DNA from: Intoshia linei
Taxonomy: Eukaryota > Animalia > Orthonectida
Length of the DNA: 60,756 nucleotides
Assembly (NCBI GenBank): GCA_001642005.1
Contig: LWCA01000076.1
Location: 1-60,756 of the forward strand
Direction: 5' to 3'
Positions 39,055 through 52,719 of this stretch are shown one piece after another. A program made the position numbers and the translations under genes. Each line of letters opens with the position of its first letter. Within the stretch, counting starts at the first letter, position 1. A model generated the notes under the pieces. The model had not been told where the DNA came from. It saw nothing but the letters and a program-made list of their open reading frames with translations, and did no database searches.

Positions 39055-41001
39055 TTATTGATATAAATAATTGGGCTCATTTGAATAATTTGATTGAGGG
39101 TGTTGTAAAGACATTGACGTGTTTGGAAGATTTGGGTTTTGATTAACATTTGGTATGTACATATCACTGTTAAAATTGGAAAATCCAGAATGGTTAGGTA
39201 ATCGGTCAGGTCTTGGGTCCATCATTGACGGTGGATGTGGAAAGTTTGGATTAATATTCCTAACCATTGAATTTGGAGAAACACTGAGATTTGAGTGATT
39301 GGTAAAGTTCATCCCGTTTCTCATCATTGGTGACTGCGGTAAACCGAGGTTGTTTCCACTGTAATCATTTGGGTACATGTTCATGATATTATTTGGAGCA
39401 TACGGATTTGGTGACATGCCTTTCAAAGAATGTTCATTAATCATCATATCTGGTGGCATGTTTGGATGCATATGGTGGTTTTGTTCCATATAGTTATCAG
39501 GTGGCAGCAAATGGTCTGGAATCCTACGATTGACATAGTTTTCTACAAAATTATTACTATTTTTTTTAGATAAAATCAAACCTGGCGGAAGGTCATATAA
39601 ATCCGGACCGAAAGAAGTATTGTGGTTGTGAGGATGGTTAAAAAACGAATTTTCCATGTTGGACATGTAGTGGCTATTTGGCATCATCATGCGGTTTCTT
39701 GAGCGATTAAGTTCTTGTAGCAAATATGGGTCCTGAGGTCTTTCCATGTCGTGATTGAAATTTCTGCTTAGATCGACCATGTGAGGTGATTTAGAATATG
39801 GGTAATTATAAAGGTAATCCGCTTCCATCCCATGCGGTGGGTTAAAAGGGTAAAACTGGCGATTGTTTGGATTGTGACGATTCATATATGTGTTTTGTAA
39901 ATCAGACAAAGATTCAGAAGAACGCATTGGAGTGTTATGAGCAAAATTTGCCGTCATCTCGGCTTTCATTTTATTATTCAAATCTTCTGGATTAAAATTG
40001 TTTGCAGTGTCAGAAAATGGAATTTTTGGAACTGATTGTTCAGGTTTTGGAATGTTTTTGGTATCATTCATTTCACTGACTTGGATGTCATTAAAAATGC
40101 CACCTTTTGTAGCGTTCATACCCTTTGTGGTGTCTTCCATGTGTTTAACTAAACTGATTAATGTTGAGGACGTAATATTTTTAACATTGTCATCATTATT
40201 AGGCGTTTCTAGTTTGGAGGATTCACTTTTTGTCATTTTGGTAACAATAAATTCATCTTTCATTTTTTCCTGAGAAGATTCGCTCTTTCTAACATAACTA
40301 CTATTGACTTGGCGAATTATTGTAAGCTCTTGGTCTTTGTAATTATTGAGAAGACTAAGTCTAACCGGTGAAGGAGCAGGCATTAATGATTTTGAAGAAA
40401 TTTTTCGTTTTTTATTTTTATTTTCAACTTCAGGTTTCATATCCTGGTTACTCGGTGGGCACAAACTACCATTTTGAGAGTAATTGTTGTAAAAATTTGG
40501 TTGGTTTTTTTGACGGCCCCATCTATCACAGGAGTAGTTTTTCATTTGTTCACAAGGCAAAATTGGATTTAGTTTATGCATTGGAGGTCCGGGTTTGTTT
40601 AAATTAATAAAATTTTGATTCATTCTTTCATCGTACATGTACTGAGCACCGAAATGATCGCGAAAATTTCCAAAGTCCTCGGGGTTTTTCTTGAACATAA
40701 CGGCATTGAAATCTTTAGGCGGCAAGAAACCGAGACCGCTCATTTTATCCTGGTTTTCGGAAGCAGCTTCCACTGCCTCAACTGTAGCGCGAATTTGAGC
40801 AATTTTAGCCAGACTTTGATTTCTATGTTCAGATTGTGCGGCAGTGAGATTCTCGTCTTTAAAAGAAGCTAGTCGGTAGTCAAATAAATCCGATTTGAAG
40901 TCAGGTGGACCGGGTCTAAGAACAGCGGAAGATGCATTTTGATTTCCATTAATGGGATTTTTTATATCTTCGGTTTCTAATTCTCGAGACATTAACGACA
41001 T
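39055..41001 (-). CDS. BCL9: BCL9/legless-like Wnt/beta-catenin co-activator; single coding exon; N/P/M-rich disordered protein
   Basis: ENLTAAQSEHRNQSLAKIAQIR matches the HD2 beta-catenin-binding helix (L(S/T)xxQxxHRxxxLxx(I/L)). The remainder is Pro/Asn/Met-rich, as in the BCL9 family. Confidence 0.75.
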   Translation of the reverse strand: MSLMSRELETEDIKNPINGNQNASSAVLRPGPPDFKSDLFDYRLASFKDENLTAAQSEHRNQSLAKIAQIRATVEAVEAASENQDKMSGLGFLPPKDFNAVMFKKNPEDFGNFRDHFGAQYMYDERMNQNFINLNKPGPPMHKLNPILPCEQMKNYSCDRWGRQKNQPNFYNNYSQNGSLCPPSNQDMKPEVENKNKKRKISSKSLMPAPSPVRLSLLNNYKDQELTIIRQVNSSYVRKSESSQEKMKDEFIVTKMTKSESSKLETPNNDDNVKNITSSTLISLVKHMEDTTKGMNATKGGIFNDIQVSEMNDTKNIPKPEQSVPKIPFSDTANNFNPEDLNNKMKAEMTANFAHNTPMRSSESLSDLQNTYMNRHNPNNRQFYPFNPPHGMEADYLYNYPYSKSPHMVDLSRNFNHDMERPQDPYLLQELNRSRNRMMMPNSHYMSNMENSFFNHPHNHNTSFGPDLYDLPPGLILSKKNSNNFVENYVNRRIPDHLLPPDNYMEQNHHMHPNMPPDMMINEHSLKGMSPNPYAPNNIMNMYPNDYSGNNLGLPQSPMMRNGMNFTNHSNLSVSPNSMVRNINPNFPHPPSMMDPRPDRLPNHSGFSNFNSDMYIPNVNQNPNLPNTSMSLQHPQSNYSNEPNYLYQ

Positions 41002-42719
41002 TAATTTATACTCTTGCAGTGTGGTAATAATTGCAAATTATCTAAAATAGCTATTAAATTAAATTTAAATTAGGAAACGTATAATTTAACCTACCTGAAA
41101 TTGAAAATTTTGGAACACAATAATATACAAATAACAAGTTAAAGCGAACTGAAATTTAAAGAATGTAAATACAAAATTTGTAAGGTTAACACTAAAAAAT
41201 CGCAAAATGTGAGGTAAAATAATATTCCAAAGTGTTTACTATTGGATCTGAATTAAATAAGACTTCAATGTAAAAATCAACACGAAAGTTGTCAATCTGC
41301 ACGCCTGGCAGTAAAAATGTCCATGGATATCATGTTGGTCTCGTATAAACAAATACATACTAATTAAACATTGAAACTAATATTCGCATGTACACAAATT
41401 AATTCCCCACATCAAAATTTCAAATTTTTAATAAATTACTGAAAAATAAAATAAATAGTTGTATTTTTAACAATTATAATTGAATTACATTATGTAAAAA
41501 TGGTCATAATCCCTATAAATCATTGGATTAATTAAATATAAAATCTATAAATAAATCAAATGTTCAGTATAAATAAAAAAAGAAATTGTTTCATTAAAAA
41601 TCTTTTAGACGCGTCATACATCAAATCTCGGCACAAAAAAATTCAAAAATATCATATAAAAATTACACGCTAAGACTTGGATCTATTAATAATGTAAAAA
41701 TATTCTAGTTTGTACATGTAAAATTAATGACTAAAATGAACATTATCTATACTTTTCATTTATATGCTATCGATTTTTCAAACCCACATCGTGTTGGATA
41801 CGTTCTACAATCAAAGCACTTTACAGACGAAATTAAAACTTAAGCCTCCACCTTGAATTCAATAAAATCCTAGCTACCCACACAGATAAAAACTAAAACA
41901 TCTTCAATTGGGGCATTCACTAAATTCACTTTTTCTTTGTAACGGCAAATTCTTCAAGTCATTGGGGATTACATGGTGTTGAATGCAATACAAATTAATT
42001 AACATATTTTATTCATAAATAAATGCATTAATTAGTATTGTAAAAGATACTAATTATAGTACAAAGATGTCAACTGCATGCGTTTAGTGTTTTATCCTCA
42101 GAATAAATGTTTTAGTATCACATTATCAATAAACGTTATAATTTACTTCGATATAAGAGGGGAAATTACCAATTCAAATTAATTTGGCTAATTGAGTTTA
42201 TACTCTAATTAAAATTCGATAAAATTTCGTTTTAAAATATGAACTACATTACAAATTATTCAATATAATATGAAGTTGTCCAACAATTTGAAAATGTTCC
42301 TCAAATGTACAGCAAATCAAATATCAGTACAATACACAAAATTTAAGGTGACCTTGATCAATTTATATCAAATTTCTTAATTTTTTAATAGAAAAACATT
42401 GAATATCAATTTTTAACTAATAAACTCAGCATCTGAAAAGATAACATAATTATCCAAATAAAAATAATATATTTAATTATAATAAAAAAATTATAACAGT
42501 TAATAATTTAATTTAAAAATTCCAATGTTATAAAAAAATAGATATTTCTAAATGGAGTCACGTAGTAGCTATCATCAAGCAGCGATCCGCAGGTTTTTTG
42601 AAACAATTGTAGAATGCAACAATTTTTAATTTAAAAATAATTTTTTTTATTTACTACTTTACTATTATCCAAGTCAAGACTTTAAAAAACAATCTTCAGA
42701 AAAATTAATTAGTCTATAT

Positions 42720-42816
42720 CAGGGTTGGCACTATTCAGAAATTCAGTGCAGTATCTCGTTGGCTCATAAAAATGATCAATGTGTTTGATCCAAAAGGCCG
42801 TATTGTAAACACCTTG
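42720..42816. mobile_element. 97-bp hAT MITE
   Basis: Exact 8-bp TSD gtctatat (42712-42719 and 42817-42824); imperfect TIRs cagggttggcac / gtaaacaccttg. Confidence 0.8.
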
Positions 42817-44588
42817 GTCTATATAAATCCGAAAGTGAAAGTACAGTGTATTTAAAAATTTTGAGGTTATTGGAGGTCATAAAAAATATTATTTTCAAGT
42901 GGTTTACATTACATTGACATGGAAAATAGTTTTCGGCAAAGTATGGCAATGCTTTTAAAGATAAAGTGTGTGAGAAACCATACCTTTAATTTAATACTAT
43001 ATATCTTTGACAATTATAAGAATTACCAAACATTCAATATGAACAGTGTTCATTTAACATAATATTAATATTTTGTTAACTTGGTTTTTAAATCACAATT
43101 TAATTTAAACATCTACATATAGAATTTCGAGCTGATTTCAATTATAGTTTACAATTTATTCATTTATTACTTCTTAATGTTAATGAATTTATATTTTTTA
43201 AAAAACTGTCGTCTTAATTCTAGAAAGTATCTACATTTCATAAAAATTTATAAATTAATGAATAACCGAAAGTATCAATTTGTAATAAGATGATATCTAA
43301 TAATAGATAAATTAAAAAAAATACTAACAACCCAAGTTAAAAATCAATAATTATGTAAAGTATAAATTTATGAAACTTAAACAACAAATAATTAACAATT
43401 AATAATTAATTTTATAAATCAATTAAATCAAAAAAACACGTTCATCAATATTCACTTTATAGTTTACTATAAATTAAAAAAAATTATCAAAGAAACAACA
43501 CATATTAAAATTCAATTCCTGAGGCAATTAATATAATGTGAAACAAAAACGATATAATGTAATTAGTAATTATCAAACAGTCATTAATTATCCATTTTTT
43601 CAAAATTATATTCAATATATTTTATTTAAGTCGAAATCAAAAAAACATAAATTGATGGTTAATTTAAAAAAAATAACAATTTATTAAACTTTTAAAAACA
43701 AAGAGGATTAAATTAATTATATTTTTGATTCTTCAATTCATTACACTGCACAACTTAAAAAAGTTTTGGGTTATGAAATATATTTTAATAATAACATATC
43801 TCCCACCACCAAAAAAAATAAAAAATAATCGAGTGGTTCATGAGATAATTACACTAATTCAATGATAGGTATTTCTTACATATAAAGCTGATACGTGAAA
43901 TTTTCAAATTTTATTTAACGTTACATTAATAATTAATGATTATTATATTAATTAATCACTACTGTTTAAAATCCAAGAAATTTTGTTTAATTTGTGATAT
44001 GATCTTATACAAAAAAGAATATATTACTCATATTATCATATAATGTACTTCATTGAAGATGAAATATGAAGAAAAGTATTCTTCTGAATATTTATTAAAA
44101 CTTGAATAAAATGAAATTTACTCATCAAAAAGATGTATAATTTTGTTACATTAAACACCTTTATTCGTTAATAAATCTGTTAAAATTTGAATCTAAAACG
44201 TTTTAAATATTTTATTTTAGAAAAACTCTTAACTTTTTTTAAAATATGAAAGTTAAATCCTTATTTAAACATTGCTATACTATTTAATGATTTAAATCAG
44301 CCATTCTCAACGGGGTCCACAGCACTTTTTTGAGGTCCATGAAAATTATATACATTTATTACATATTATAGACATTAATATATAATATATTTTCAGTAAC
44401 ATAAAGTCGTTTTTAAAACATAACCACTCAGAAATACTAATATAAAACGTGGAAATCATGTAAAAGTAAATTCTTTGGTATTGAATTAAATTACTTACAA
44501 GTGTAAAAACTTATTGGGATACCTCCATTGTTCTATTTTAGGAGCAGCGTTTTTATTTAATTATTTTATTAAAATTTATGACCGAGCC

Positions 44589-46421
44589 CAGTGTCTAGTC
44601 ATAAAAAAAGCTTTAAAATTGTAAAAATTTCAATTAAAATTTTAAATTGAAAATGGGACAAAAAATTATGGTCAGAGGTTCTTATTCCTTTGAATTTTGC
44701 GCCAAATTATGAATATGTAAAAATTTTTTTCCAATACCACATAAACGAAAATTTCACTAGGGATATTATAATTCCACCAATAATATTAAAGATATTGGTA
44801 ACGCATATATAATTAGATCAAACTAAACAATCACATCAAAAAATTTATAAATAATTATATAATATATAAATAAAAAATTTTTAAAAAAATATGAGTAATT
44901 TCAACCTAACAGTAGCAGCAGTAAAAAAAATAAACATGTTTCTCAAATAATATAAACAAGTTCTATTAATGTTAATAATTATTTCGAAGTAAATTATGAA
45001 ATCTCATTAAAAATAGATTAAATGGAATAAGACCAAATTAAAAAAACAATATTTATCTCCGAAAAAGATTCGAATATGTACCCTGAATCTGACTTACACG
45101 ATAAAAAGATTAAAATAAGTATATGTGGGATATGGAGGGTGTAATTTATCATGAATTTATTAAAACAATAAAACGATCAATACCAACAAATTTTTCAATT
45201 AAAAAAAAAAAATTTTAATATTAACCAAAAAAGACAAACAAACTGTTTTAAAAAATGTATATAAAAAGTAGCATGGACGAACCAATGGAAAAATATAAGC
45301 TTCACTGATGAAAGTTGATTTGAATTATTTACAAAATGAAGAGTATACGTTCGAAAACGTAAAAAAAAAAATTCTTATCAACGTATATAAGTGAAAGTAT
45401 TACAAATACCCAGTAAAATATGATTTGGATAGTATTAGGACAAATGGAAAAAGAATATTAATAAAGTGTATAGGAATAAATGTTCAAGAATACCAGAGAA
45501 TCCTTAGAAAATCAAACAAATAACATTTTTGGAGAGATTGAATAAACATCATGATTGTGAACCCTGTCAAACAGCAAAGACAACCCGTCCATTTATAAGG
45601 GGTAATCGTATAAAAAAATTAAAAGATTAACCGGTACAAAGTCCAGATTTGAACATTGTTGAAGAAATGTGAAAAATTTGAAACATACGGTTTATCAGTT
45701 ACATCCAGTCAACTTAGAAGAACTATGCTTAGATACACGACGAATGGGACCGCGTACCTCTCAAATCTATTTAAGGGTTGTATGCCTTATTGCCAGAAGA
45801 ATTGTATCAGTGATTAAAAATAAATAATAGAATACTAAATATTAGTAATTTTATATATATTTATCTAATATTTTTATTTTATTAACATAATTAAAAGGCG
45901 CACTATCAAAAGATCGTAAATCAAATCATTGTAAAAATATACTAATATTAGAATTTATAATTGAATTAAATAAAAAAATATTCTATGGTGTTCACACCAG
46001 AGAATTCTAATTTTTTTGTAATATGCTTTTAAGGTATAATATGGTATCTTAATATTTCAGTTTTAACTTTGGTCTGTAGATCTACGATCAAATATTATCA
46101 TATATTAAAATTAATATTAACTACAATTATAAAATACGATCTTTTGATTTACAATCAAAAAACTACAATCATGTGATTTTACAATGATTTGAACGGACAC
46201 GTAATTAATTGTATTATTTTATAGGTGCCTAAGACTTATGTCGCTCGGAATTTTGCAATTTTAATTAAAAATACTTAAATTTCAATAATTATTAAATTTT
46301 TTTAGGGTTGTTAAATATTTGTTCTTGATCATACACTAGATATGATATAAGAAAATGCCTTAAATCATGAATGTTTAAGATTAATTACAATTGGGGTGTC
46401 TAAGATTTATGTCGGGCACTG
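44589..46421 (+). mobile_element. Decayed Tc1-type (DD34E) transposon; left boundary tentative
   Basis: Broken frames encode KNISFTDES (~45290), MIW, HHDCEPCQTA, PVQSPDLNIVEEM (~45630-45670) and TKY* (~45846). Right end ...cactg|TA at 46421 with direct repeats gtg(c/t)ctaaga(c/t)ttatgtcg at ~46225 and ~46396 (IR/DR type). Confidence 0.75.
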
Positions 46422-48225
46422 TATTACTTAAAATTGAACACTGAAACTTTTTTTGTAAAGGTAAAATAAAGATGTCAATTTTTACGCTAATGGAATCAAT
46501 AAATAACCGGAACGTTTGACAAGAATTATGGAATATAGTGGATACTATTTTGTTCATTAACATTATTTTTAATGTACATAATGAAAACTTTTAAATGTGT
46601 TAATGATCGATATGAAGCAGTTTAAACAAGACTAATATTAAATGACACGATATATAGACCAGACCAAGAAACAAAAAATATTTAACTTCCATAGAATCCA
46701 TGGGTTAATTGATTATAAAAAAGTTTAAACTTTTAAATAAAAATCAACGTTGTCGAAATTAAATTTTGAAAAATGTTGGAATTGTTTTGAGTAACATTTT
46801 CACTATGTACATTTTACAAATTAAAATTTTGTATAAACTTAACACGCAAAATATATATTAAAATATCTGACAATTTAATAATATTTGTCATAAGATAACA
46901 TTCAGTAGACTATATTTTCCAAAACAAATATAAATTTAAAAAATTATTTCGAATCAGTTTGCTAAAAATTTTCGAATCATTTAAAATATCGTATTCACGC
47001 TTGATCAAGAGTACAAGTCAATTTTATACTATGAGTGTAGAAAAACTAAAAATAGACTAATGAACAAAAGAAAAGTCAAAATTATTAATTAACTAAAATA
47101 ACGTATTGACATAAACGTAAAGGTAGATTTTAGTAAGCAATCGCAAAACTTGGAAATATGCAAAATAGAGACTCGTAATAATAAAACAGAATAGAAATAA
47201 ATATGCAATGTATATTCTAATCTTAACAATAATGAATTACATTAAATTTATGCAACAAGTTATATTATATTCAAGATGATAATTGTTTTAATATATGCAA
47301 TCGAAAATGAAATGTAATGATTAAAACATTTAGCAAAAATGTCAAAATAATTTAAAATTCAATCATAAATAATTTAAAATAAATGTTAATCAGGAATTAA
47401 TCAAAATAAACTGACTCACGTGGCTAAATTGAAATAAAAACATAAATAAAATTACCTAAATCTTGTTTTATGTTGTAATTTCATTTCAAAAATCTAAATC
47501 AACATTAATATAAAATATTGGATATTCTATTAGAGTGATAATTAAATGTTTAAATTCCCGGTAAAATTGTTGCCAAGTGAAATTATTTAATTTAAAATAA
47601 ATAAAAAATAATTGGATACATTTATCAACATCTAATGACTTGTGTTTATCCACTAAACCAATTATAAGACAATAGTCGGAAATAATTTAATATGTAAATG
47701 AGATTAACTTACTGTTATAATTTGACGCAAACACTTGTCTTTCTGTCATACATTTGTGTGTAAATTAAATAATTAATTTATTTCATATCTAGAAATAATA
47801 ATTCACGCAATAATTGTCATAAAAAAACAATTAGTAAATGATTTGAGAAAGTTTAATTGTAAAATTTCTGTCAGGATGAATAAATCGTTCCTAGTCTGTA
47901 TGCTATATTGTAATGTTAGCAACTGGACAAAATCAATACATTTCACTACAGTCGAAAGTAAGCAACAATGCATGAGTTACAGACATTATGCCTGATTCAA
48001 CACAATTCAACAAACACGCGACAATCTTATCTTGTTGTCCTGGTTTTGTTTATTTAAATTTAACTTGTTACATTTTAACCAACAGAGATATAAGCTGAAT
48101 GTTTAGTTCACTAAGACGCGTTTCATTAGCATTTGAATCAAATGTACGGTTTTATTATTGTTAATTCCAATTAACAAGTGCAACTATAAAACGCCCTACT
48201 ACGATTAAAATGGATTAATACGTTA

Positions 48226-50000
48226 TCCTTCCTTGTTTATGTAATATTTGTTTGTGTGTGTGTTCCACTTTATTTCAATAACTAAGTCTTAGAATTTTAT
48301 AAAGTTCAAATTTCAAGCTCCCAAACTCACATCTTACGGAACAAAAACCCCAATTGTCCTTTTTTTTGAAAATCAAACGAGTTAGAGAATTTAAAAAAAT
48401 TATATCTTCAGGGCGTAAACCCCAAATTACCCTTTTTTTTTATGAAAAAAGTCCTAGAATTAAAAAAAATTTACAGTTAGTACAGTTGTATTCTGTTAAC
48501 ACACACAACAAATTTCAATCTGAATAAGTGACGACTTTACGGTCAAAAAAGCATTTTAGTATTCATATTTAGTCTTCTATACATCTATCAAATTTCCATT
48601 ATTTATCATAACCTCGTACATTTTTGAATTAAATCATTTATGTAGCCTTATAATCATGTCTTTTTCCTTTAAAATTATTTCCTGAACAATATGAGCTATT
48701 TTCTGCCATACATACATTTTCGCATAAAATTGTGAACCATTATATAGCTGATTTTTCATAATTGACCATATATTTTATATTGAGGATATATCAGGACAAT
48801 AAGGAGGCCAACCTAATAATTTATTGATTGAGCAGCAAACCTTTCTCTTGTTTTTTTGATCACATGAGGTCTAGCATTATCTTGTTGAAAGACAAAGCCA
48901 GAAATTATGTTACTTAGTTGAGTAAATACATCTTCAAATAAAACTTTTTTATAAGAATCACTATTAACAGTATGGTCCAATTTCCTAATCATAACTTTCC
49001 CGCAAGATTTTAAACAACCCCAAATCATTATGGATCCACCTTAAATGCTCTTTTTCGGAGTTTTAATGGTTTCCACGACATGAGATTATCACTTCCATCT
49101 AAACAAAAACTACATTCATCCGAAAATACGATTTTATCGATATCAACCCTATTAAAAAAGAGGTTGCGTACAAAATTTAGGCGGCCATTCTTTAGTGCAT
49201 CAGTCAATGTCAGTTTTTGCAATGAACGTCGATACTTCAAACCGCTATCATTAAGGGGCCAACAACTGATGTGGATGTAACAACCCTTCCAGATTTTCGC
49301 ACCCCATCAGCAAACTTTTTAATTGCTTTTTGAACTCATTTTTTTTTTAAAGTTGTAATTCGCTTCGATTTGATTGATCTTTATTCATTTGAAATGTTAT
49401 AAATTGTTCTAAGGGAAACATTGCAGGTTTTTACGATATTTACTTTTTCGATACCATCCTTCAAATCTTTTTTTATTAATTTTGTAATAATATTTGACAG
49501 TATCATTTGCGATAATGAAAACAGTTTAAAAACAATTATTTGTCAGGAAATCCAATTTTATTATGTTTTCGATAGTTTTGCAAAATTGATGAGACGTTAT
49601 AAGTAACATAATAATTAAAAAATTTAATTTCTACGATTTTTTTTCAGGTTTTTTTAACAATGAAAGATCTTGCCAAACCGTTTAATATATAAAAAATTGA
49701 AATTATTTTTAATATACACACATTCTGTCTAATAAATTAAAAAAATGGAATAACAATTGTTTTTAAATTTTTTACGCAAATGTTAACAAAATAAAATTAA
49801 GATGGAATAATTCACTTTAAAGTAAAAAGTAATATGATTTGATGGTTTTAACTGAAACAAGTTTGGGAGCCACTCATTTAAAAAATTGATAATAGTGAAT
49901 AGTAGAATTTTCAACGTGAATTTATTTTTTTGGTATAATAAAAATGTGCCCTCGGCAGAGCTAGGTGCTGTTTCTACATAGTACATAACAGTCAACCTAG
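48226..50000 (+). mobile_element. Helitron family copy enclosing a Tc1 transposase relic
   Basis: A|TCctt 5' module (48226-48570) and 3' module (49705-50000) ending hairpin-tcaacCTAG|T. Confidence 0.78.
48579..49520 (-). pseudogene. Tc1-family transposase pseudogene
   Basis: IVFSDECSFCLDGSD; MIWGCL; FQQDNARPH; frameshifted WPPYCPDISSI*NIWS; multiple frameshifts and stops. Confidence 0.88.
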
Positions 50001-51004
50001 TTATAATATAATATTTAATTATATTGTTTATAACTATAATTATAATTAACAATATAAAACAGTGATATTAAATATACACTTAAATATCGATTAATTAATA
50101 AATTAACCATCAGAAAATTGTACAATATAATGTTATAATGTTGAGATTTTGACAATTTTTTTAACTCTTTTTAGAGATTACATGTTATTAATAAATTAAA
50201 ATTTCAGTTTATGTATTTTTTGAAATAAAATAGAAAAATTGCCCACAAAGGGAGCGATTCATCCACAGTTGATAACCCTGATTTAACCCTATAAACCTCT
50301 CTAAGACCTTGAGTTAACATTTTAAGTTAAAACACAAATTAGTTATGATATTCAAGAATTTTTTTAATGCTAAATTTAGTTAATTCATGGCCCATTTTAC
50401 AAAAATTTAGTTGAGGACACCGAAGAGCGATCTCGGATACAGTAGGTTTGTCACTGGTAATTCGCCATTTTTATGTTTGAAATTAAAAAAATTTTTAATT
50501 ACGCCGTAGAAGCTACCTTTTCAAAATTAATGTAAAATTTACGATTATATAATAAAAACATGTACGTCTTACTTTATTGACGTGTTCAGGATTAAATTGA
50601 TTTTTAAAAAACATTATGTGGTCCAGATACTTTTATTGTTGACAAGTGATACTTGATGGAAAAAGTTTGCTAATCACTGGTTTAAATTTAAACTATTGAA
50701 TCCTTTCAAATTAATATTATTGACATTATCTTTTTAATGTAAATACTTTTTGGGTATCTTTTTTCAAGACACCACAAATTGTGCATGAGGTCTGAATAAT
50801 GTATTTTTTTATTTTTGCTGTTACATCGGCCACGTTGACGAATGAATATTTACAATAATAATTATACATAAATATGTAGATATTATACATATTATATACA
50901 TTATTAACCCAAGTAAATATTTTAACCACATGAAACTAATAAAAGTCCCGCCATTCTACGGCAACAGGTATAGAAACAGTGATAACGATTTACTTATTTT
51001 ATCT

Positions 51005-52425
51005 CAGGAATGAGCAACATACGACCCAAAATAATTTTTATAATAAAAATTATTTTTTAATTTAAAATTCTAAATTGTACATTATAATTAACATTAAGAG
51101 ATTAAAAATTACATAGTAACATATTTTGTCGTCTTATTTGAGCAAGACAATATAAAAGAGAAAAGTGGACTCTGAATGCAGATTTTTCCAAAAATTATGG
51201 GAATTATAATATTATTTTATGGAGCACTACAACAAACCTGTTTGTGTAATCTGCCAAGAAAATGTTGCTGTTAATAAATAAAGTAAATAACATCAAGCTT
51301 CATTATGAAAGCAAACATAAATCGACATTTCAAAAAATTTATGGAAATTTGAGATTAGACGAATTCAATAAATTAAAAATTGGGTTAAAAAAAACAAGCT
51401 ATNACGTTAGTTTAGATCCGGCCCGAAATAATTTTTATTATAAAAATTATTTTTTAATTTAAAATTCTAAATTGTACATTATAATTAAAATTAACATTAA
51501 AAGATTAAAAATTTACATAGTAACATATTTTGTCGTCTTAAACAAGCAAAACAATAAAAAATAGAAAAGTGGACTCTGAATGCAGAATTTTCCAAAAATT
51601 AAGGGAATTAAAATATTATTTTATGGAGCACTACAACAAACCTGTTTGTGTAATCTGCCAAGAAAATGTTCCTGTTAATAAAGTGAATAACATCAAGCTT
51701 CATTATGAAAGTAAACATAAATCGACATTTCAAAAAATTTATGGAAATTTGAGATTAGACGAATTCAATAAATTAAAAAATGGTTTAAAAAAAAAGGCTA
51801 TTTTGTTCACGAATAGGGTTGCCAACTGCATTATTTTCCCTTTGAGACTTCGGATTTTCAAATTCAACTCAGGGTTCAGGGTTAAGTGATATTTCTCAGG
51901 GTAATTTAATTATTTCAATCAAAATCATCAGATCAGATATATTTTATTTATATTGGATGAATAAGCGACTATATTTGATATATAAGATGTGTAAACTGTT
52001 ATTATTATGTTTTAAAAAGAGACCCCAAAAAAAATAACAGGCTTCGCTCAAAAATTCGGGTTGAGAATAACTTAATGTTGGTAACCCTATTCACGAATAG
52101 GATGGGTACAGATAAAAATAATACTAATGCCAGTTGTTATTTCAAAATTGATTGCTCAACGCATGAAATCGGTATCTGATGGAAAGTTTATTAAAGTGCC
52201 CAAGTTACAGTTTTTGTCAGTTGCGTAAATTACAAATTTGAAATTGTTGAAGAATTTTTTGAATTGATACCTATGATAGGGAATTGCATTGGAAGAGACA
52301 TCTTTGATGCAATAATGAAAATGATCTCAAAAGAAATCTTAACAAACGTAAATTTGTTGGGCTTACTACGGATAGTGCTCCATCTATGATAGGCTCAAAA
52401 AAAGGAATTGTAAATTTAATGCTGA
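51005..52425 (+). mobile_element. hAT (Buster/SPIN/GTF2IRD2-like) transposase relic with its 5' part present twice
   Basis: BED-like finger ECR.FQ..W...YYF.E...KPVCVICQE.V...K..NIKLHYESKH at ~51160-51400 and again at ~51570-51800; later VEEF.ELIPM and TTDSAPSMIG. TIR-like caggaatgagcaac at 51005. Confidence 0.8.
51814..52089. mobile_element. hAT MITE nested in the hAT transposase relic
   Basis: TIRs tagggttgccaac / gttggtaacccta with exact 8-bp TSD ttcacgaa (51806-51813, 52090-52097). Confidence 0.9.
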
Positions 52426-52719
52426 TATTGAAATATTGAAAACAGGGGGGTATTTTTCACCTTCAGGGTTTAAAATTATATTTTTTATTAATGGTGGGAT
52501 AAAGTTGCATTTTTGAAATAATTTATAATGTACTAGTTGTCTAGGTATTGAGATAAATTACCAACATCTAGTAAATCTGTAATAAATTATTTATTATAAA
52601 TATTAAACATTCTCCTATAAAAATAAACAAAAGTTGATAAATTTTTTTTTATATCTTATTTAAATCTCACGGACCCAATCCGTAACCACTGAAAAAATTA
52701 AGATGTTCGGTATTCAAAA

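Noticed and set aside
39998-40872. Three plus-strand ORFs antisense to BCL9
   Set aside because: Antisense shadows with no motifs.
41100-44500. Hidden protein-coding or structured RNA gene in the long region upstream of BCL9
   Set aside because: No ORF of 60 aa or more and no recognisable RNA motif; more likely 5' UTR introns or regulatory DNA, though small exons cannot be excluded.
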